In this document: in pieces, positions 57,928-64,000 of the stretch
Layout of the letters: every line of letters begins with the position of its first letter
Numbering within the stretch: the first letter of the stretch is position 1
DNA from: Oscillospiraceae bacterium
GTDB lineage: Bacteria; Bacillota; Clostridia; Oscillospirales; CAG-272
DNA length: 64,000 nt
Assembly (NCBI GenBank): GCA_015063545.1
Contig: SVTX01000001.1
Location: forward strand, 1,842-65,841
Direction: 5' to 3'
Notes under the pieces: model-generated
Told to the model about the DNA's origin: nothing
The model's input: only the letters and a program-made list of their open reading frames with translations
The model's database searches: none
Made by a program: the position numbers and the translations under genes

Positions 57928-60873
57928 ATGAAGAAAAGAATTGTAAGATCATTCTTCGTATTCATGATAGCTGTCGCGGCGATGTGCTGTATATTCTTCT
58001 CGCAGTCAACGTATGCAAAATACTCGGCGAGCAGTAATGCCACACAGACAGCACAGTATACATATCAAGCCGTAGGATGTACAGGCGGTACTGCTACCTG
58101 TAGTCAAAAAGCTACGTGTACGATATGCGGCAATCAATACGGAGATTATAATCACACAGGTGCTAAGGATTGGAGATATATCGAATCCGGACACTGGAAA
58201 ATATGGGAATGTTGCGGTGCTATCGCGACCGACATTTCTGAACACGTTTATGTGGAAGGCGTATGCGAATGCGGCAGAGCCAACCATACTCACCAAAAGG
58301 TTTTAGTACCCGCCAAGGATCCGACTTGTACCGAAAGCGGAAACGTGACATATTACGCTTGTACGTGTGACAAATTATGGACAGAGGACGGAATAACCGA
58401 GACTCTCATGGAAGTGGTAACTATTCCTGCAACAGGACACAAGTGGTATCTTGCTACGTGTGCAGCGCCCAAGACTTGTCAGAATTGCGGCGAGACAGAA
58501 GGCGTTGCTCTTGAACACACGCTTGAAACTCTTGCGGCAGTAGAGCCAACTTGTAACAGCACAGGTCTCACCGCCGGTGAGAGATGTACTGTATGCGGTA
58601 CTGTTACGGTAGCGCAGCAGGAAATAGGAATGCTTGCGCATACACCTCAGACCATTCCCGCAGTTTCTGCAACGTGTAGCAACGACGGCGCGAGCGAAGG
58701 CTCGGTGTGTTCAACTTGCGGAACTATAATTACGGCTCCCGAGACGATACTTGCTCTCGGACACACAAAACAGAAAATTTCGGCAATAGCCGCAACGTGT
58801 ACGACGACCGGACTTACGGAGGGCGAGAGATGTACTGTTTGCGGAGTTATAACAAAAGAACAAGAGATAGTTGATAAACTCGGACACATTGAGGTTTCAA
58901 CTCCCGCGCTTGCAGCAACGTGCACTCAGGCAGGACATACCGCCGGTGTAAGATGTAGCAGAGCAGGTTGCGGAGAGGTGCTTGTACCTCAGACGCCGAT
59001 AGAAGCTATCGGACACACTGTGGTAGCTATGCCAGAGGTTTCTGCATCCTGTCTTGAAGAGGGATATTCGGGCGGAACACAGTGTAGCGTATGCTACGAA
59101 ATAATTTCGGCACAGACGATCATACCCGCGCTCGGACACACGATGCTTAAAGATAGCATAATTATTCCAGCAGTTGCTCCTACGTGTGCTGAAACAGGTC
59201 TTACGCAGGGCATCAAGTGCGGCAGATGCGGCACGTTGACGACAGCTCAGGCAGTAGTTCCCGCAAACGGACATACGGAAGTGACAGATACAGGCTTTGC
59301 GGCAACGTGTATAAAGAACGGTCTGACTAACGGCGCTCACTGTACGGTTTGCGGTGAGATAACAGTGCCTCAGACTATCATACCTTATTCCGGACATAAT
59401 GAAACAACTCTTGCGGCGAAGGATGCAACCTGTACGAGTACAGGTCTTACAGAAGGTAAGCAGTGTACAATATGCGGAGTTATTACTGTAGCTCAGCAGA
59501 CTATTGGTAAGAAGGATCACACCGTAGTGGCCGATGCGGCAGTAGCGGCAACCTGTACGTCGGCAGGTAAGACGGCAGGATCGCATTGTTCTGTATGTGA
59601 TACGGTTATTGTTGCGCAGACAGTAATTCCCGCAACAGGACACAGCTGGAAGGCTGCGACCTGTACGGCGGCTCAAACATGTAAGAATTGTGGAGCAACT
59701 CAAGGTGCAGCTCTTGGACATACAGCGGCAGCTAATTATTCCTCAGACGCAAGTAACCACTGGAAAGAGTGTACTGTTTGCGGTTATGATATTGGCAAGA
59801 CAGCACACACGGCATCCGGTACCTGGTCCACGGATAACTCTAACCACTGGAAGGAGTGTACTGCCTGCGGATATGATACTAACAAGGGTGCCCACACAGA
59901 ATCGGGTTGGAAGACTGATGGAACAAACCACTGGAAGATTTGTAATACGTGTAGTAAGATAACCACGGCAAAGACAGCTCATACACCCAATAGTACGTGG
60001 TCCACGGACAATTCTAACCACTGGAAGGATTGCTCTGTTTGCGGATACGATACAAACAAGGGAGCGCATAACCAGAATACCAATGGTGGTACAGCAAGCG
60101 TACATAAGAAGTGTAGTGTCTGTGGCAAGACCACCAGCACGTCCCACTCGTACTCATCAAGTGTTCAAACGGCGGCGACCTGTACGGCAGTCGGAACAAC
60201 CAAATATAGTTGCGCTTGTGGATATAGTTATACATCAAATGATATCCCGGCAACAGGACATTTGACGACGGTAATAGACAACTGGACGGTTTACGGCAAC
60301 AACTGTTCCGGTGCGGCAACCTGTTCCAGATGCAATATTACGATTACTCCCACGGTATTCTTCGATCCTTTGTGGGTTGGTGATACCGCTAAAAATACTT
60401 ATCTGAACGGTTTCCCTCTGGCAAGAGCTTACGACGTTACAGCTGCCGGAGTTGACGCTACTCACGGCCAGGCATGGGCGTTGCTTCAGGCAAATGTTAC
60501 CAACGGCGCATTTTTGCACTTGAATAAGAACAATGTGCTTATGGGTAAATATATAGTCCTTCACTACGGTTCTTCTAACGTACCTGTCGGTTCACAAATA
60601 AACGTGGTAGTAAATAACGGCGGCTCAGGACAGGTTAACTGGAGAATGGCTAACCCGGGTACCGGCTTTACGTCATCGTTGTTCTCTCTACCAAACAATG
60701 CGGGTGATAACCCGTTCTATATGAATATCAATGGTTCGATTATCTATATCAGAGGTATTGCAACGTTTAATGATATCAATCAGGCGCGCGCATATCAGGC
60801 TCTCCTGACGGGCATTCAGTGCAAGGACGGAAGAAAGACAACCAACAGCGGAGATGCAACCTGTGTTGGATAA
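57928..60873 (+). CDS. 981-aa exported protein: class-B signal, about 12 His/Cys3 repeats, 4-5 HW-C2H2-like repeats, and a C-terminal beta-sandwich-like domain
   Basis: ATG lies 1 nt after the upstream stop. N-terminus is MKKRIVRSFFVFMIAVAAMCCIFFSQSTYAKYSAS. Repeats are of the form GHTKQKISAIAATCTTTGLTEGERCTVCGVITKEQEIVDKL and NSNHWKECTACGYDTNKGAHT. No C-terminal TM helix. Confidence 0.8.
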   Translation: MKKRIVRSFFVFMIAVAAMCCIFFSQSTYAKYSASSNATQTAQYTYQAVGCTGGTATCSQKATCTICGNQYGDYNHTGAKDWRYIESGHWKIWECCGAIATDISEHVYVEGVCECGRANHTHQKVLVPAKDPTCTESGNVTYYACTCDKLWTEDGITETLMEVVTIPATGHKWYLATCAAPKTCQNCGETEGVALEHTLETLAAVEPTCNSTGLTAGERCTVCGTVTVAQQEIGMLAHTPQTIPAVSATCSNDGASEGSVCSTCGTIITAPETILALGHTKQKISAIAATCTTTGLTEGERCTVCGVITKEQEIVDKLGHIEVSTPALAATCTQAGHTAGVRCSRAGCGEVLVPQTPIEAIGHTVVAMPEVSASCLEEGYSGGTQCSVCYEIISAQTIIPALGHTMLKDSIIIPAVAPTCAETGLTQGIKCGRCGTLTTAQAVVPANGHTEVTDTGFAATCIKNGLTNGAHCTVCGEITVPQTIIPYSGHNETTLAAKDATCTSTGLTEGKQCTICGVITVAQQTIGKKDHTVVADAAVAATCTSAGKTAGSHCSVCDTVIVAQTVIPATGHSWKAATCTAAQTCKNCGATQGAALGHTAAANYSSDASNHWKECTVCGYDIGKTAHTASGTWSTDNSNHWKECTACGYDTNKGAHTESGWKTDGTNHWKICNTCSKITTAKTAHTPNSTWSTDNSNHWKDCSVCGYDTNKGAHNQNTNGGTASVHKKCSVCGKTTSTSHSYSSSVQTAATCTAVGTTKYSCACGYSYTSNDIPATGHLTTVIDNWTVYGNNCSGAATCSRCNITITPTVFFDPLWVGDTAKNTYLNGFPLARAYDVTAAGVDATHGQAWALLQANVTNGAFLHLNKNNVLMGKYIVLHYGSSNVPVGSQINVVVNNGGSGQVNWRMANPGTGFTSSLFSLPNNAGDNPFYMNINGSIIYIRGIATFNDINQARAYQALLTGIQCKDGRKTTNSGDATCVG
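58285..59720 (+). repeat. in-frame tandem coding repeats (about 120-130 bp units) encoding His/Cys3 modules
   Basis: Recurring ...gcaacgtgt/acctgtac...ggtcttac...tgtac.gt.tgcgg... blocks. A 23-nt stretch at 59440-59462 is identical to 26453-26475. Confidence 0.75.
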
Positions 60874-60889
60874 TTAATCAAATACAAAC

Positions 60890-60923
60890 CCAACACCGAG
60901 GGCTTATGCCCTCGGTGTTTTTG
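60890..60923 (+). terminator. rho-independent terminator after the 981-aa gene
   Basis: aacaccgaggg cttatg ccctcggtgtt followed by tttgcc. Confidence 0.7.
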
Positions 60924-60955
60924 CCTTCGGTTATAAAGGGAGGTCTGTTTTTTTA

Positions 60956-60984
60956 TTGACATCTGCGATAATTTATGATATAAT
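60956..60984 (+). promoter_or_regulatory. consensus sigma-A promoter for the flavin reductase / lipoprotein unit
   Basis: TTGACA, 17 nt, then TATAAT with TGn (tgatataat). Confidence 0.6.
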
Positions 60985-61021
60985 ATATTATGTAGAAATA
61001 TCCTCAAAAACGGAGATAATA

Positions 61022-61606
61022 ATGGCAAAACAGCATTGGAAAGGCGGCACTTTGCTCGCCCCCGCGCCACCTGTTATGGTGAGCTGCGGAGATATGGAAA
61101 AATCAAATATAATAACTATTGCTTGGACGGGAATAACCAATACGATTCCGCCGAAAACCTATATTTCGGTGCGTCCAAACCGTTATTCATACAATATTAT
61201 CAAGGAAAGCGGAGAATTTGTGATAAATCTCACCCCCGCATCACTTGTAAAACAAGCCGACTATTGCGGTATTTATACAGGCGCGAAGGTGGACAAATTC
61301 AAAAAGTGCAATTTTCACAAGGAAGCGGCGCAAAACGTGTCCTGTCCTGTAATAGCGGAATGTCCCATTTCGCTTGAATGCAAGGTGACGGACATTATTC
61401 CGCTTGGCACGCACGATATGTTTTTAGCGGATATTGTCGGTGTTAACGTGGACGAGAGCTTGCTGGATAAAAACGGCAAGCTGTGTATAGATAAGGCGTC
61501 TCTTTGCGCTTATGCGCACGGGGATTATTATGAGCTTGGTAAAAAGATTGGCAAATTCGGTTTTTCTACCGATAAGAAAAAGAAGAAAGGTAGGGCTAAG
61601 TCATGA
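61022..61606 (+). CDS. flavin reductase-like (FMN-binding split-barrel) protein
   Basis: Start at ATG 61022. PAPPVMVSCGD...NIITIAWTG...YISVRP.RYS...I...GEFVINL is typical of the flavin reductase/flavoredoxin family. Confidence 0.7.
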   Translation: MAKQHWKGGTLLAPAPPVMVSCGDMEKSNIITIAWTGITNTIPPKTYISVRPNRYSYNIIKESGEFVINLTPASLVKQADYCGIYTGAKVDKFKKCNFHKEAAQNVSCPVIAECPISLECKVTDIIPLGTHDMFLADIVGVNVDESLLDKNGKLCIDKASLCAYAHGDYYELGKKIGKFGFSTDKKKKKGRAKS

Positions 61607-64000
61607 GAATAATGAAATCAAAATTAATCAATATACTTAAAATTTTGGTGATCATCACAGTGCTGTCCCTGTGCTTGCCTGCGGTGCTGACCGCATGCGG
61701 AAAAGCAGATAGTACAGACGGCGAGCCTACCGTCGGCGTAACGGTTTCGCCTACGGAGGAAAATACCGAAACGCCAACACAGAAACCCACCGATAATTTG
61801 ACGGAAAAACCTACAGAAAAACCCACGGAGAAGCCCTCAGAGAAGCCTTCAGAGAAACCCTCGGAGAAACCCTCAGAGCAGCCCTCGGAGAAGCCTTCAG
61901 AGAAACCTTCGGAGCAGCCCTCGGAGAAGCCCTCGGAGAAACCGTCAGAGAAGCCCTCGGAGAAACCCTCAGAGCAGCCCTCGGAGAACCCGGATGATCC
62001 TCATGTTTGTGAGGGCAAAGAATGGGTTGTGATCAAGGAAGCAACTTGTAGCAGTGAGGGTGAGAAGACGCTTATTTGTGAGTGCGGCGAGATCGTAGAA
62101 ACTCAGAAAATTGATGCTCTCGGTCATGAATGGCTTGAGGTGTATTCGTACAATCAATCGCAACATTGGAGGTCTTGTAACGAATGCGGTGAAACCGAGA
62201 CTTCATCTGAGCACGTATATGACGGAAGTATTTGCAACATATGTGGATACGGATGCGCGCATGCATCGGTTGAATGGATCACTGTAAAACAACCTACGTG
62301 TTTTGAGCCCGGAAGAAAAGCGGCGGTATGCCTAATTTGTAATGTAGCTGTTCGTACGGATAATATTCCAATGTCAGAGCATACTCCCGGAGATCCTGCG
62401 ACCTGCACCGATGCTCAGACATGTACTGTTTGCGGATATGAAATATCTCCAAAGATCAATCATATTATTCAGATAATAGAAAGTGTTGATCCCACTTGCA
62501 CTGAAGAGGGTTATACACAGGGTGAGATCTGTACTCAATGCGGAGAGCTTGTCACACAGCCTCAGCCCATATCCGCGCTCGGACACACCGAAGAGGAATT
62601 AGACGGAGTAGACGCGACATGTACGCAGAACGGAATGACAAGTGGCATCAGATGTTCCGTATGCGGATATATAATAGTACAACAGCAGATCATTCCGAAA
62701 ATTGATCATAATGAAAAGATCCTTGCGGCAGTAGAACCCACGTGTACTGAGCCCGGACTTACGCAGGGAAAGATTTGTGAAGTGTGTAATGAGATCTTAG
62801 TTGAGCAAACAGAAACCTCTTCGCTTGGACACAACGTTGTAAATGTTGATGCTGTTCCGCCAACATGCACGGAGACGGGACTTACAGAGTCGAAAAAATG
62901 TGACAGGTGCGGAGCGATAGTTGTTTACCCATTCAGTATACCTGCAACGGGACATTCATACGATAACGATATGGATTCCGACTGTAACTCGTGCGGCGAG
63001 ATAAGACAAGTGATATTTGAGCCGGGCGAGAATTACGACGGGGTAGTTATATCAAAGGTGTTTGGCACAGGCGGAAAAGTCGATGCGGCTATGGGTAACA
63101 GCTTTATAGAGCTTTACAATACATCCGAAAAAACCGCAAAGCTCAACGGAACGGCTTTGTATTACGGAGAAGGTGATTCATTTACCGCGATAGATCTCAA
63201 CGGTTATACGATAGCGCCCAAGTCTTACATGCTCATAAAGTGCGCGTACGTCAGCGGATACGATACGTCTTTTGAGGTCATGCGAATTGATGAGTTTGAT
63301 ATGGAGTGTGGCATAACAATAAATAACAAGGAATTTGAGCTTGTTTATGCCGAAAAAGGCTCCGAAATTACACCCAAAGGTGATTTTGGAAACTCAGCCG
63401 GAGTAATATCTTATCTTGTGGCGTGCGAGATCGAAAACGTGGACGTGTATTGGGTACACAACCTCTCCAAAAACCGCATGATAGTAAGAACAGAGCTTAC
63501 AAAGGAATCGGGATACCATCGTATAAATCTTTCAAAGTCGGGCACTTCGGATCTTATAAAGGTAACTCCCCAAACCTCAAACGGCAATGTTAATACACAC
63601 GTTGTATCAAAATTCAACGAGGTTATCTTCTCACAAGAGGGCGGAATATATGATGCAAATATGCTTCGCATAAAGCTTCAAGCGCCTGAAGGATGGGATA
63701 TATTCTATACGCTGGACGGAAGCGATCCCAGAGTGAACGGAGCAGCATATTTAAGTGGTATAAGAATATACTCAACCAACAGTGTTAGCTGGGGAGCCAC
63801 GATAAATCTTGGAATTTCCCGCGATCCCGCGGCAAAACCGTATGCAAACGAAATGTTCGGCGGAACTGTAATAAAGGCATATGCAACCAACGGAGTGGAA
63901 AGTACGGCAGTATATACTCAAACGTATTTTAACAGTGAGACGCTTGAAGGACTTGACGCAAAGATAATTTCAATGTCTGTATCAGCAGAGGAATTTTTGG
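61603..64000 (+). CDS. large lipoprotein (partial, runs off the window): lipobox, (S/T)E(K/Q)P linker, His/Cys repeats, lamin-tail-like domain, CHB_HEX_C-like domain
   Basis: Not in the ORF track. I translated 61603-64000 by hand and found no stop. N-terminus is MRIMKSKLINILKILVIITVLSLCLPAVLTACGK (lipobox LTAC). GVVISKVFGTGG...SFIELYNTS...LNGYTI is lamin-tail-domain-like, and DIFYTLDGSDP is as seen in CotH-associated domains. ATGA overlap with the flavin reductase stop. Confidence 0.8.
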   Translation, partial: MRIMKSKLINILKILVIITVLSLCLPAVLTACGKADSTDGEPTVGVTVSPTEENTETPTQKPTDNLTEKPTEKPTEKPSEKPSEKPSEKPSEQPSEKPSEKPSEQPSEKPSEKPSEKPSEKPSEQPSENPDDPHVCEGKEWVVIKEATCSSEGEKTLICECGEIVETQKIDALGHEWLEVYSYNQSQHWRSCNECGETETSSEHVYDGSICNICGYGCAHASVEWITVKQPTCFEPGRKAAVCLICNVAVRTDNIPMSEHTPGDPATCTDAQTCTVCGYEISPKINHIIQIIESVDPTCTEEGYTQGEICTQCGELVTQPQPISALGHTEEELDGVDATCTQNGMTSGIRCSVCGYIIVQQQIIPKIDHNEKILAAVEPTCTEPGLTQGKICEVCNEILVEQTETSSLGHNVVNVDAVPPTCTETGLTESKKCDRCGAIVVYPFSIPATGHSYDNDMDSDCNSCGEIRQVIFEPGENYDGVVISKVFGTGGKVDAAMGNSFIELYNTSEKTAKLNGTALYYGEGDSFTAIDLNGYTIAPKSYMLIKCAYVSGYDTSFEVMRIDEFDMECGITINNKEFELVYAEKGSEITPKGDFGNSAGVISYLVACEIENVDVYWVHNLSKNRMIVRTELTKESGYHRINLSKSGTSDLIKVTPQTSNGNVNTHVVSKFNEVIFSQEGGIYDANMLRIKLQAPEGWDIFYTLDGSDPRVNGAAYLSGIRIYSTNSVSWGATINLGISRDPAAKPYANEMFGGTVIKAYATNGVESTAVYTQTYFNSETLEGLDAKIISMSVSAEEFL
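61801..61992 (+). repeat. 16 tandem 12-bp repeats encoding (T/S)E(K/Q)P
   Basis: acggaaaaacct acagaaaaaccc acggagaagccc tcagagaagcct ... tcggagaacccg. Confidence 0.9.

Noticed and set aside
1-64000. Mobile elements, prophage, defence islands, toxin-antitoxin pairs, CRISPR-Cas, and tRNA/rRNA genes.
   Set aside because: I looked for integrase, transposase or recombinase motifs, terminal inverted repeats, cas-like proteins and tRNA cloverleaf-sized conserved blocks in the intergenic regions. I found none I could support.

Overview
This 64-kb chromosomal window looks like it comes from a spore-forming, Clostridia-type Firmicute. That is an inference from sigK, spoVAD/spoVAE, ricT(yaaT), addAB, a glgD-containing glycogen operon and SipW-type signal peptidases. 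I saw no rRNA, tRNA, CRISPR array, integrase or transposase.

Housekeeping content:
- purC, a ttcA-like gene, a small ferredoxin missing from the ORF track, ricT and holB.
- An ABC-2/GldG-type transporter whose ATPase has degenerate catalytic motifs.
- A glgB-glgC-glgD-glgA-glgP-GH13 operon that ends in a FolC-like gene with every catalytic motif lost.
- eno, then queG-addB-addA.
- htrA followed by an OmpR-type regulator and a histidine kinase broken by a 1-nt frameshift.
- An rlmA-like gene, a GT2 glycosyltransferase, udp, spoVAD-spoVAE, sigK, a TPP riboswitch with thiT, trpS, and a flavin reductase.
- A candidate cobalamin riboswitch preceding a DUF4430-like lipoprotein and an ECF S-component pair.

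The unusual content is cell-surface biology:
1. Four large paralogous proteins (23801-27520, 27641-30673, 57928-60873, 61603 to beyond 64000) are built from tandem His/Cys3 and His-Cys2-His repeats. They use four different anchoring modes. Two of them end in a shared GCGS + TM helix + basic tail, which has the layout of a C-terminal sorting signal.
2. Two operons (49.1-53.5 kb and 54.7-60.9 kb) encode three SipW/Sec11-type signal peptidases, one of them fused to an 8-TM domain. They also encode five exported proteins with two distinct conserved signal-peptide/N-terminal-strand classes. This fits TasA-like fibres, one possibly carrying a 981-aa Cys-repeat subunit.

All family calls rest on motif recognition by eye. 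No searches were run.
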